A DNA stretch of 63,313 nt, filler included, from Octopus bimaculoides (taxonomy: Eukaryota), in NCBI RefSeq assembly GCF_001194135.2. It is 5 parts of 5 records of this genome, joined end to end, with 100 filler letters (N's around TTAATTAATTAA, not from the genome) between each part and the next. Parts side by side here need not be neighbours in the genome. Positions count along the whole stretch, not along the records: positions 1 to 6,518 come from NC_069004.1; positions 6,619 to 35,287 come from NC_068981.1; 3 more parts are not named here. The stretch is one strand, 5' to 3'. This document shows, in pieces, positions 1 to 11,665 of this stretch (the stretch's first letter is position 1; the number at the start of each line of letters is the position of its first letter). The position numbers and the translations under genes are program-made. The notes beneath the pieces are model-generated. The model saw only the letters and a program-made list of their open reading frames with translations, was not told the origin of the DNA and did no database searches.

Positions 1-234
1 TATGTATGTGGATATGTGTCTATATATATATGTGTGTGTGTGTATGAATACGTGAATGTATTTGGATATGTGTCTCTCTATATATATGTGTGTGTGTGTA
101 TGTATGTATGTATATATATATGTATATGTGTGTGTGTGTGCGTGTGTATGTATGTATGTATATATATATGTATATGTGTGTGTGTGTATGTATGTATGTA
201 TATATATATGTATATGTGTGTGTGTGTATGTATG

Positions 235-276
<42 letters not shown>

Positions 277-1729
277 CGTGAATACGGCAGTGTATTTGCG
301 TGCACGTGTGCGTCTATATATGTGTGTATATATACAGATGCATATATGCACATGTATTCATATATGAATGAATGAATGACTAGGTGTGTATATGCGAATG
401 AATGAATATGTACGTGTGTATGTGTACGTGTATATATATGTATGTATATATATACATATATAAATATGTAAGTATGTATGTGAATGGATATATATATATA
501 TAAACATATATATNNNNNNNNNNNNNNNNNNNNNNNNNNNNNNNNNNNNNNNNNNNNNNNNNNNNNNNNNNNNNNNNNNNNNNNNNNNNNNNNNNNNNNN
601 NNNNNNNNNNNNNNNNNNNNNNNNNNNNNNNNNNNNNNNNNNNNNNNNNNNNNNNNNNNNNNNNNNNNNNNNNNNNNNNNNNNNNNNNNNNNNNNNNNNN
701 NNNNNNNNNNNNNNNNNNNNNNNNNNNNNNNNNNNNNNNNNNNNNNNNNNNNNNNNNNNNNNNNNNNNNNNNNNNNNNNNNNNNNNNNNNNNNNNNNNNN
801 NNNNNNNNNNNNNNNNNNNNNNNNNNNNNNNNNNNNNNNNNNNNNNNNNNNNNNNNNNNNNNNNNNNNNNNNNNNNNNNNNNNNNNNNNNNNNNNNNNNN
901 NNNNNNNNNNNNNNNNNNNNNNNNNNNNNNNNNNNNNNNNNNNNNNNNNNNNNNNNNNNNNNNNNNNNNNNNNNNNNNNNNNNNNNNNNNNNNNNNNNNN
1001 NNNNNNNNNNNNNNNNNNNNNNNNNNNNNNNNNNNNNNNNNNNNNNNNNNNNNNNNNNNNNNNNNNNNNNNNNNNNNNNNNNNNNNNNNNNNNNNNNNNN
1101 NNNNNNNNNNNNNNNNNNNNNNNNNNNNNNNNNNNNNNNNNNNNNNNNNNNNNNNNNNNNNNNNNNNNNNNNNNNNNNNNNNNNNNNNNNNNNNNNNNNN
1201 NNNNNNNNNNNNNNNNNNNNNNNNNNNNNNNNNNNNNNNNNNNNNNNNNNNNNNNNNNNNNNNNNNNNNNNNNNNNNNNNNNNNNNNNNNNNNNNNNNNN
1301 NNNNNNNNNNNNNNNNNNNNNNNNNNNNNNNNNNNNNNNNNNNNNNNNNNNNNNNNNNNNNNNNNNNNNNNNNNNNNNNNNNNNNNNNNNNNNNNNNNNN
1401 NNNNNNNNNNNNNNNNNNNNNNNNNNNNNNCAATTAACTCTTTCCACTTCTCCAAGCGTCTAATTATTAATTTTTCTTCGTGAACTTATCTCGCTCGAAT
1501 CTCTGCTCCCCCCTCTCTCTCTCTCTCTCTCTCTTTCGCCTTCTCTCTCTCTCTCTCTCTCTGTTTCTCTCTGTTTCTCTCAACCTCTCTTTCTCTTTCT
1601 GTCTCCCTCTTCATCTTTCTCTCTCTCTCTCCGTCTCTCTCTGTCTGTCTGTCTTTGTCTCTCTCTCTCTCTCTCCCCAATGTGTGTCTGTTTGCCTACG
1701 CATGCAGTGTATATATCCTTGAGTCCGCA

Positions 1730-1761
<32 letters not shown>

Positions 1762-3041
1762 CTTATGGATGTGTGTTTGTATGTGTGTGTGAGTGTGTAG
1801 GCGTATATGCGTGTGTGCATGCGCATCCATTCACTGCAGCTGTTCACGTGACAACTGGATCAAAGACACTCCCCAACATTGAGGAATGTCTCGCAATTTG
1901 AGAAAGAAAGACAGAGAAAAAAGACACAGGGAGAGATAGTACGCGCTCGCGCGTGGATGTGTGCACGGGTGTGTGTGCGTTTATTTACCTGTGTATAGCT
2001 ACAGTCGTGTGTGTGTGTGTGTGAAGATTTATTTATATACGTCCGCGTGTTTGCATCTTTATGCGCCTGTATGTCTATGCATGTGTGTTTATTCGTATGT
2101 ATGTATGTACGTATGTCTGTGTATGTCTACTAATATGCTTGTATCTGTATGCGGAGGAAGTGGTGGTGGTGGGGGGGGTGACTGTTATTTGACTCTGTGT
2201 GTGTGTCTGTGTGTGTGTGTGTGTGTGTGNNNNNNNNNNNNNNNNNNNNNNNNNNNNNNNNNNNNNNNNNNNNNNNNNNNNNNNNNNNNNNNNNNNNNNN
2301 NNNNNNNNNNNNNNNNNNNNNNNNNNNNNNNNNNNNNNNNNNNNNNNNNNNNNNNNNNNNNNNNNNNNNNNNNNNNNNNNNNNNNNNNNNNNNNNNNNNN
2401 NNNNNNNNNNNNNNNNNNNNNNNNNNNNNNNNNNNNNNNNNNNNNNNNNNNNNNNNNNNNNNNNNNNNNNNNNNNNNNNNNNNNNNNNNNNNNNNNNNNN
2501 NNNNNNNNNNNNNNNNNNNNNNNNNNNNNNNNNNNNNNNNNNNNNNNNNNNNNNNNNNNNNNNNNNNNNNNNNNNNNNNNNNNNNNNNNNNNNNNNNNNN
2601 NNNNNNNNNNNNNNNNNNNNNNNNNNNNNNTGTCACGTGTGCGGAGATTTCAATGTATTTAACGCCATTTACTGTGATCTGATCACGTGACTACGTGCAG
2701 GCAACAAAGAGGAACTACATCAAAGAATTCCAGAGGAAACTCCAAGGGTGGGGGGTGGGGTGAGGGTGGTTGAATACGGTTCAATCTGCCGCTATAGTCT
2801 TTCCGTTGCTGTTATTGTTGTTGTTGTTGTTGCTTTCATTGATAAACTCTATAGTCAAAGGTGTTTCACCTATGACTATCCAGTCTCATTTTACAGGCTT
2901 AGTATATCTTGGACTACATTATTCATTGCTCTTCGTTTTAGTTTCCTAAGCAGTGGCGACTGTTCTTTTTTGTAGGTCAGACTATAACGTAGTCTCCCGT
3001 GTTGGATCGGATGTGTGTGTGTGTGTGTGTTTGTGTGTGTG

Positions 3042-3137
<96 letters not shown>

Positions 3138-3460
3138 CATACATAAATATATATTTATACATATATATATAAAATATATATATATATACATTTGTGTGTG
3201 TGTGTGCGTGCATGTGGGTATATGAGTAGTGCGTATGTATGTACTTTCATATAAATGCACACACACATACATATATATATGTGTGTGTATGTATGTATTT
3301 ATATATGTGTATTTGCATATATATGTATATATATGAGTGTGTGTGTGTATATATAATGTACATACAAACACACACACACTCACACACTCATATATATACA
3401 TATATATGCAAATACACATATATGAATACATACAAACACACACATTCACACATACATATT
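1..3460. repeat. Compound (TA)n/(TG)n/(TC)n microsatellite field with gaps
   Basis: Directly visible dinucleotide and tetranucleotide runs. They generate the spurious YI/CV/HT/LS ORFs. Confidence 0.95.
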
Positions 3461-3639
3461 CAACTCGTACTATTTCACTCTTCTTTGAAAAAACACAAAT
3501 TCTCTTCCTACCGCCACTTTCTTTTCATACCAGGAGGTCATGTCCGGCTTTTTAACCTGATCGTAACAATTATTTCCCTCAGATTTTTCTCGCTTCTTGA
3601 CCCAAGTTACCACTTTGCTTTCCTGTATATTACAAATTT

Positions 3640-4290
3640 CCTACCTTCCTCGGACACTGACCCTAAGTCTCCGGACCTTCTACCATTACAGAGTGATTTG
3701 TATTAATTTCTTTTGACTTTTCGAGTTTCTAGCAACATTCCTCAACTGGCAAGTCTGGGGGAGATGGGAAACTGGTTTCATCGCTGACAAACCGGCCATG
3801 CAACTGGTACTAGACTACAGCTTAGCAGTAACACCCGCAAGCAACGTGACATAATACTGTCAAAAGGGTGTGTGAAACCAACGTAACATCAACGACTACG
3901 TAGTATTTGCCTGAGGACATAGAAATACTCGTGGTGGTGAACGAACATTCCTTCAGGTCACCTGAGACAGAAATACTGCTAGTTCATGTAAAAACACGTA
4001 TGGGAAGGGCTCTGCAGCGTAAAACTTGAGGACCATTCAGGTTCTGGTTGTCCCAGCAAATGCTGGGCCACCAAACGGAGAACTTTTCTATCTGAAAAAT
4101 GGGTTCAGTTCTGTGCACATTTCATTCGCTGTAATTAATTTCACGCTCATAATGAACTTCTCGGAAAAGCACCCTAGGTAGACAAACTCCTGCGATAATG
4201 GGGACTAGTGCAATATACAGGCCTGGTCAGCTGGAAGCATGGAATTGAAAACCTGCATTGAGAGCAGCTTGGGATATTGGTCACTTCCTT
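3640..4290 (-). mobile_element. Degenerate RTE-like LINE remnant
   Basis: Minus-strand translation fragments (EFVYLG and a W-x-G-like segment downstream) resemble the RT C-terminal region of RTE elements. It is heavily decayed with no continuous ORF. Confidence 0.35.
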
Positions 4291-4453
4291 TCTAATCAAT
4301 GGGTAGGGAGAGATTCAGTGACACTATGAGTGACTGAGAAGTCCTTTCCAGGGAAAGTACTGATCCCTTAGAAAAAAAAAGGTGTTTTAAATAGATCTTG
4401 TATAATTCTAGAATTGGCCTACAACGCCAGGAACAGATTCTGGTTTGTTTTTT

Positions 4454-4510
<57 letters not shown>

Positions 4511-5342
4511 NNNNNNNNNNNNNNNNNNNNNNNNNNNNNNNNNNNNNNNNNNNNNNNNNNNNNNNNNNNNNNNNNNNNNNNNNNNNNNNNNNNNNNNNNN
4601 NNNNNNNNNNNNNNNNNNNNNNNNNNNNNNNNNNNNNNNNNNNNNNNNNNNNNNNNNNNNNNNNNNNNNNNNNNNNNNNNNNNNNNNNNNNNNNNNNNNN
4701 NNNNNNNNNNNNNNNNNNNNNNNNNNNNNNNNNNNNNNNNNNNNNNNNNNNNNNNNNNNNNNNNNNNNNNNNNNNNNNNNNNNNNNNNNNNNNNNNNNNN
4801 NNNNNNNNNNNNNNNNNNNNNNNNNNNNNNNNNNNNNNNNNNNNNNNNNNNNNNNNNNNNNNNNNNNNNNNNNNNNNNNNNNNNNNNNNNNNNNNNNNNN
4901 NNNNNNNNNNNNNNNNNNNNNNNNNNNNNNNNNNNNNNNNNNNNNNNNNNNNNNNNNNNNNNNNNNNNNNNNNNNNNNNNNNNNNNNNNNNNNNNNNNNN
5001 NNNNNNNNNNNNNNNNNNNNNNNNNNNNNNNNNNNNNNNNNNNNNNNNNNNNNNNNNNNNNNNNNNNNNNNNNNNNNNNNNNNNNNNNNNNNNNNNNNNN
5101 NNNNNNNNNNNNNNNNNNNNNNNNNNNNNNNNNNNNNNNNNNNNNNNNNNNNNNNNNNNNNNNNNNNNNNNNNNNNNNNNNNNNNNNNNNNNNNNNNNNN
5201 NNNCACACACACACACTCTTTTCTTTTTGTCTATCTTAAACTGAGCGTCAACCTAATACGTTTATTGTGCACGTCCTTTTCACTTTAGTTGTTTTTATTA
5301 TTTTCGATTTGCTTTTACACCAACGCACACACGTACACACTC

Positions 5343-5381
<39 letters not shown>

Positions 5382-5643
5382 GGAGAGAGAGAACCGATGG
5401 CACCCTTCTACAGGCGAAACCACACGCGTGATCTTAAGACGCGAAACACCTGTGATCTTAAAATTCTGGTCGAAGATAGAGAGAAGAGCTACCAAAACTG
5501 AGAAAGTTTTTACCCGCCAACAAGAGAAAGAGCTTGTAGCATCTTTCAGCAGCTTCCGTAGTGATTGCTTGGATTAAAGCATTTGTTTTGTTTATTTCAC
5601 CTACATACTACACACACATATGCGTATGGTTATTTATATATTG

Positions 5644-5958
5644 GTGTAGGGGTGGCTGTGTGGTAAGAAGCTTGCTTCCCAACCACATGGGTCCGGGTTC
5701 AGTCCCACTGCGTTATATCTTGGCCAAGTGCCTTCCCCTGTAGCCTCGGGCCGTTCAAAGCCTTGTGAGTGGATTTGGTAGACGGAAACTGAAAGAAGCC
5801 CGTCGTGTGTATGGTGCTTTTAAGTCCCCCTAACGTTGTGGTTCGGCAAACCAGACCGATAGAATAAATCCTAAGGTTTAAAAGAAAATAAGTCCTGGGG
5901 TCGATTTGCTCGACTAAAACCCTTTAAGGCCGCAGTCAAGTGACTGAAACAAGATTAT
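5644..5958 (+). mobile_element. tRNA-derived SINE, family A (CORE-like central block)
   Basis: Head GGTGGCTGTGTGGTAAG (A-box-like) and GGTTCAGTCCC (B-box-like). The body gccttgtgagtggatttggtagacggaaactgaaagaagcccgtcg is shared with the copies at 6248, 8270, 41220 and 45030. Confidence 0.85.
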
Positions 5959-6247
5959 AGATAGATAGATAGATAGATATTAAACTGTTTTTTGGCCAAA
6001 TGCGTTTCCTTTTCTTTTCTTTTTTTTATTTTCAGTATTTATTTTTGCTTGCAATAGCCGGTTCTTTTGGTCAAACTGTCGTATCTCCAGCTGCTTCAGA
6101 CGCTGAGATATCAAAGAGTAGTCAAAGTGTTGTACAACAGTTTTGCTATGAAATGGTGAAACTATTTTTTCGCTTTCTGAAAAAGCGACGCTTTGGACTT
6201 CCGACATTTTTTGCATAATAGCAACGGTATATATATATAAAATATAC

Positions 6248-6518
6248 AGGCGCAGGAGTGGCTGTGTGGTAAGTAGCTTGCTTACCAACCACATGGTTCC
6301 GGGTTCATTCCCTCTGCGTGGCACCTTGGGCAAGTGTCTTCTACTATAGCCTCGGGCCGACCAAAGCCTTGTGAGTGAATTTGGTAGACGGAAACTGAAA
6401 GAAGCCCGTCGTATATATGCATATATATATATATGTATGTGTGTGTATATGTTTGTGTGTCTGTATTTGTCCCCCCAGCATCGCTTGACAACCGATGCTG
6501 GTGTGTTTACGTCCCCGT
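6248..6518 (+). mobile_element. tRNA-derived SINE, family A (cut by scaffold spacer)
   Basis: GGCGCAGGAGTGGCTGTGTGGTAAG...GGTTCATTCCC...GGCACCTTGGGCAAGTG. The last block resembles the CORE-SINE core. Highly similar to the 5644 copy. Confidence 0.88.
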
Positions 6519-6618
6519 NNNNNNNNNNNNNNNNNNNNNNNNNNNNNNNNNNNNNNNNNNNNTTAATTAATTAANNNNNNNNNNNNNNNNNNNNNNNNNN
6601 NNNNNNNNNNNNNNNNNN
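6519..6618. other. Assembly spacer N44-TTAATTAATTAA-N44
   Basis: Exactly 100 bp; the 12-mer gives stops in all six frames. An identical construct occurs four times in the window. Confidence 0.95.
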
Positions 6619-7721
6619 ATTAATTCGTGAAATATTCACAGGTCCCGTTAGTTATAAATAATGTATCAATAATAGATTGTTTTCAATTTCAACTTATAGT
6701 AGAGAAGTTACTTGTATAAAAGATTGTGCCTTCGATTTCATTTCATAGGGTATGTTTAAAGCGTTACGCGTATTGACATTAAAAGGATAACAGATTAAAG
6801 CCAACTTGCTTACACAAGAGGTAAACGAATCTGGATATAGCGGAATTCGAACTGAAAATTCACTGAACGTTTCTAGCTACCATACAGTATTTAGTCTGGC
6901 ACCCTTCTGTCTGCTAACCACCACGCAACCCACGCTTGTGCATGTTTCATTAATTTGACAATTTGAAACAATATATCTTCCACACATTTCATGGTGTTAT
7001 GCCGTATCATAAAATTATCAACGATATCCTGTTTCCAACCCATCTATTATACATTGTAATGTGTCTAGATTATCGTGGTAATGACATAAGGATGAAAAAG
7101 TACAGAAAACCTTATATCAAATTTTCTTTCTCTTCAAAAACTATTTGAATGTAATTCTCCATTTGCTATTATGGTATATCAATTGTATTATTATCAATTA
7201 ATTAAAGGAATGAATATTTACTTGTATATTTAAAAGTTTTGTTTTAAAGGCCGAAACCTTAATAAAATTGATAAAGCAAACATTATCGATCTTAACAAAT
7301 AATTTCCATTTCAGTGGGTTTTGTAAAACTGTTTATGTGAGAAACGTATAATATTGGCAATATTGAACCTTCGTACATTTGATGGATGGGATCATTATTG
7401 GCACATGGAATGCATGTGTGAGGTAGTTGCAATTGTTCTTGAAAGTCTTTTATAAACCAACATAATTCCAATTGATTTTGGATCTGTGTGTTTACTTTAG
7501 ACCGTTGTTATTTTTAATTCAAGGGTGTCTTCTATTCAGGCACACATTTCTAAGACTATATTATCTAATGTATTCCTCCTTCAAATCTGCTTCAAATCAC
7601 ATTGTAATATGTAACATGAAGGAGATTTAGTTACCCTTTCTAAGAAGTTGGGTGAACGCGTGTAGGCTCTCTTGTTGGCTCACCTTAAACAGTTTCTACG
7701 GCCTCTAAATTTAAATACATT

Positions 7722-7760
7722 TACTTCATCTACTTCATTTTTTTATCGTTCTCTTTCCAG
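7722..7760 (+). promoter_or_regulatory. Probable 3' splice site immediately before the GPCR start codon (implies an upstream exon)
   Basis: A long pyrimidine tract, ttacttcatctacttcatttttttatcgttctctttcCAG, abuts the ATG at 7761. Confidence 0.65.
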
Positions 7761-8038
7761 ATGAATGGTACTACGACGTTCAGTGATTCAGTTGTTCAAT
7801 TGCAGGCAAATCTCACTTTGGTTGAACTAAATGACTTGGAAGCACAAAAATATCTATTGGTTATAATATTTGTGGCACTGTTAATGTTAGTGGGCACACC
7901 TGGGAACATCCTGGTTCTTTATATATACCGAGGTCGCTTCAAACGTGTCTCTACATCAAACTATTTTATTGAAGCACTAGCTATCTTTGATCTAATAGCT
8001 TGTATGATTGGAATGCCAACAGAAGTGTATGATTTGAG
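7761..8038 (+). CDS. Class A GPCR, coding exon 1 (N-terminus, TM1, TM2); orphan peptide-receptor-like (CCK/orexin-receptor-like type annotation expected)
   Basis: ORF MNGTTTF...GTPGNILVLYIY...LAIFDLIACMIGMPTEVYDL. It has the TM1 GN motif (N1.50), TM2 LAxxD (D2.50) and N-glycosylation sequons NGT and NLT. It ends at a consensus donor AG|GTAAGT (GT at 8039-8040), leaving a phase-2 intron. Confidence 0.93.
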
Positions 8039-10002
8039 GTAAGTGTATAAGTCTTATATAAACTACACTAACACATAACACATATTCATATTCAGAGAAT
8101 TATTAAGAATTATGAAAAACTATCTTAATGTTAGATCAGAAATGTTTACTAATGTCACCACTTCGACAAGTATCTTATAAAAAAAAAAACTATTAATCAG
8201 GAACAACCACATTTTATATAATTCTCTTTTCAGTTATTTATCACTCCTTCAACTAGAATTTAAAGTCCTAAAGTGCCGTGCAGTGATGATATCACTGCAC
8301 GGCACCTTGGGTACGTGTCTTCTGTTATAGCTGGGGGCCGATCAATGCCTTGCGAGTGAATTTGGTAGACAGAGCTGTCTGGAAGCCTGTCGTATATGTA
8401 TGTATGTATGTATGTGTGTTTGTGTTTGCACCTTCCACCACTTGACAACCGGCTTTGGTTTTTCCACGTCCCCGTAACTTAACAGTCGGCCTAAGAGACC
8501 GATAGAACAATAGAATAAGTACCAAACTAAAAAGTATGTGTGTATGTGTGTGTGTATGCCTCTGTGTGTGTGTGAGAAAGAAAGAGAGAGAAAGAGAAAG
8601 AGAGGAAAGAAATACGAGGGAGAGAGAAAGGTGGAAATGGTTGTGTGGCAGTAAGAAAATGTAACAATAAATAGAATAAGAAAATGAATATGAAGAAAGA
8701 GTAATGATGTGTTATAGAATTCGGAGAGAGAAGCAAATGATGTAAACGTTGGAAGAGTAAGCAGAGAAGTGTTATTAACTAGATTCGACATGTCGCATAT
8801 ATTATGAAGCACAATATGTTCTTGACAAGTGTTGATTTCATTCTTTTTTTCTTCCCTTAAAGCATGACAAAAGCTTTTTAGTGAACATATTTCAGACATT
8901 CAGATTACATATCAAGATATCTAATAGTGATATTCATTCACTCAATATTTGGTAAATGTTTATATCGCGTTTTATATTCCAAGACTATATTATATTTCTG
9001 TGTTCCCATGTACAGGGAAATTATTGTATAATTCGTGTAGATTCTAAAACATAATATCCCATATGGTATTATATTATGATGCTGTGGGTGAATTTTTGAC
9101 GTGATTTCCATTCTCAGTTGTAAAGTTATCACAAATTCTATCAATGTCTTAAAAAATGAGCATCAACATCACAACTCACCAAACGTAGTGCTGTCCTCTG
9201 AAACCACTAAATTTGATCACGACCGCTCAAATAAGTGACTATTCTACTCGTCCGAATGGGAAAAATGAATATTCTTTGATATGGTTCAGTACAGCCTTTT
9301 CCAGTGTAGTAGTAACTTTATTCTTGATCGATTTATTATTAATGCTATATTATTTAAATATTTTACTTTTAGAGACGTAATTGTATGTGAATCAATCAAA
9401 GTTTTGATATTTTACTCTCTTTAGTTTTAATATTAATCTTAGCCTCACATTCAATATTGCTATATATGGTTTTTGTGAGTTGTAGTGTTAGAATTAGCTT
9501 CTAAGTCGATAGAAATTTAAAAAAAAATTCTGTAGGAGGGGAGGTTTCTTTACGCTGTCTCTTGGCCCGGTCAAAATAGAAGCCAGATATTCTTCAAATC
9601 ACACCCTCTAGCGTTAGAAGAGAACACATTGGTTAATGTAGTTCTGGATGTGTTGTGGTCAGGAAAAAGGAGACGGTTCGTCTGTTATGCTTTTGATCAT
9701 AAGTATATTTGATTAGAGCTTTTAGCTAAACAACTATTCCGCCGACACCATCACCACCACCATCACCACCGTCGTTGCCACTGCCACCACCAACGCCGCC
9801 ACTACTACCACTACTTTATTCTTGCTATTTAAACAAGAAATGTGAGATATGGATGATGTCAATATATTCTTTGTAGTTCAATGCCATTCATCATTGCCAA
9901 GTAAATATTGCAGAAACATTACAGAAACATTCATTTGTCAAGTCCTAAATTTTGTTTATCATTTCTCATCATGTTACTTACTTGTTCTCACTTCCTTTGC
10001 AG
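8039..10002 (+). other. GT-AG intron of the GPCR gene (1964 nt, phase 2)
   Basis: GTAAGT donor and polypyrimidine-CAG acceptor. Removing it restores an uninterrupted 7TM reading frame. It contains a SINE remnant and (CCA)n, (GA)n and (TG)n repeats. Confidence 0.92.
8270..8535 (+). mobile_element. SINE family A, 5'-degraded, inside the GPCR intron
   Basis: ggcaccttgggtacgtgtcttctgttatagc...gccttgcgagtgaatttggtagac...ttgacaaccgg matches the family A body. Confidence 0.75.
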
Positions 10003-10948
10003 ATACCCATATATGTTTTCCAGCGACATTGGATGCAAAATCCTCCGCTTTTCCGAGACCTTCACCGTGATTGCATCTTCAATGATTTTGTTGGAAGTGG
10101 CTATTGATCGCTATTGGAAAGTATGCAAACCACATGACAAAATGTCTGTAATGAGTATAAAGATAATGTGTGGAATCGCATCCATAGTCGGCATACTCAT
10201 TGCTGTGCCTTCCATATTCTACAGCGGTATAGTACCCCGTAAGCTCAGGGAGAATATAATCTCTCAGGACTGTACAGTTATAAAACCTAAGCTCGCTCTG
10301 ATCTTCTTTTACCTTCTCTGTATCATTTTCTTCCTCATTTGTATCATTCTTGGAGTTCTTTATACGCTCCTCTACCTAGAGGTCCGACAACGAAGACGAA
10401 AGATGATCTCTCGTCAGGCTAGTACTGAGCAAGAACAGATTAGTATCAACGAAAAGGAAAAACAGCCAGAATTCCCGAAAACAGCATCTCTGAAAAAATC
10501 CTTCAAAGAATCGAAACCGAAAAGTCCAATGAGTCCGAAAAGTCCTATGAGTCCGAAAAGTCCATCTTTTCCGCTAACCAGAGCAAGATTTGCCAGCAGT
10601 TTGCGTAAAAAAGTTAGCCGAACAACTTTGATACTGTTCATTGTGACATTATTTTTCATCATCAGTTACCTTCCATCGTTATTGGCAATGATCATCAAGT
10701 ACTCAACGTATAAGAGCCGTCGAGGTCGTGAGGAGAGTATTGCTATCAGGGTGGTTGAAAAACTCTTTTCAAAGTTCTTCCTCATCAACAATGCATGCAA
10801 CCCGATCATATACAGTTTCTTGAACCCATATTTCAGAAAGGAATGCGTGCGCGTGTTTCATAAATTCAGTTGTGGCTTTTCTGCACGCTGTTGCCGCTGT
10901 TGTCGTATTGAACCTGGACATCCTGATACTCTCTCTGCAAGTACCTAA
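10003..10948 (+). CDS. Class A GPCR, coding exon 2 (ECL1 through TM7 and C-tail)
   Basis: Acceptor cttctcacttcctttgcAG| (AG at 10001-10002). The phase matches exon 1 (AG+A = Arg), giving ...DLR-YPYMFSSDIGCK... The exon carries C3.25, DRY (IDRYWKVCKP), an ECL2 Cys (QDCTV), TM6 SYLP, TM7 NPIIY, helix-8 FRKE and a Cys-rich tail. The joined CDS is 278+946 = 1224 nt = 407 aa plus stop. Confidence 0.94.
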
Positions 10949-11058
10949 ATTTGAAATATATATATATATGTATATGCATTTTGTTATATCGGGAAGGATC
11001 ATATTTTTGCCACACGCATTATATACCTACGCATTATATACTTGATCTTCACTTCAGC

Positions 11059-11059
<1 letters not shown>

Positions 11060-11110
<51 letters not shown>

Positions 11111-11665
11111 GCATCTTCTTTCAATTCTGTTTCCATTTCTTGCCGAGTGTCCTCCTGACACCTAGGGCAGAGAAACGTACTGTATACATTGGTAGGCCAT
11201 TAAAACAAACACACCAGATTGTTCATTTTGCACTTCCTGCATGGATAGTAAGCCAGGGATCATTCTTAAATAATTTTCAGTTCTTTTTTTGATTATTCCA
11301 AGTACTCCTACAATCACCAGTATTGTAACCGTCTTGAGATGCCACATCTTTTCGATTTCGATTAGCAAATCTTTATATTTTCTGAGCTTATCAAATTCTT
11401 TTACTGAGGTATTATGGTCACAGGGTATGCTCATGTCAATCAGTAAACAGACTTTATTGCTTTCGTCTTTCACAACAATATCTGGTTTATCTGCCTTGAT
11501 GGTCCGGTCTGTACATACTGGGAAGTCCCAAAGAATAGTTACATTTTCTCTCTCAGTTACAGTCTCAGGGTGGTATTTGTACCATTTGTCAGCAGTTTTG
11601 ATTATTATCCAATATAAATATTGGTCAACTCTGTCATGTCTTGATTTGTACTCTACAGGTGTCAA
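11060..11665 (-). mobile_element. R4/Dong-type non-LTR retrotransposon, 3' fragment (RLE domain) with (TAA)n tail
   Basis: The ORF at 11162-11665 reads EYKSRHDRV...KWY...ILWDFPVCTDRTIKADKPDIVV...CLLIDMSIP...KYKDL...IVGVLG, i.e. RHD plus the PD-(D/E)xK restriction-like endonuclease signature. A short 3' UTR is followed by (TAA)n at 11060-11110. Confidence 0.88.

Noticed and set aside
16-5288. Long ORFs rich in YI, CV, HT, LS, RE or spanning X runs (and similar ORFs throughout the window)
   Set aside because: They are translations of dinucleotide/tetranucleotide microsatellites and N gaps, which lack stop codons; there is no protein signal.
6563-6574. Palindromic TTAATTAATTAA recurring four times as a possible homeodomain or recombination site
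   Set aside because: It is always centred in exactly 44+44 Ns, so it is an artificial spacer.
9908-10002. N-terminal 32 codons of the 346-aa ORF (MQKHYRNIHL...)
   Set aside because: This is intronic read-through upstream of the acceptor at 10001-10002. The real N-terminus, TM1 and TM2 are in exon 1.
10414-10662. Antisense ORF with GLFGLIGLFGLIGLFG repeat
   Set aside because: It is a shadow of the GPCR 18-bp repeat on the opposite strand.
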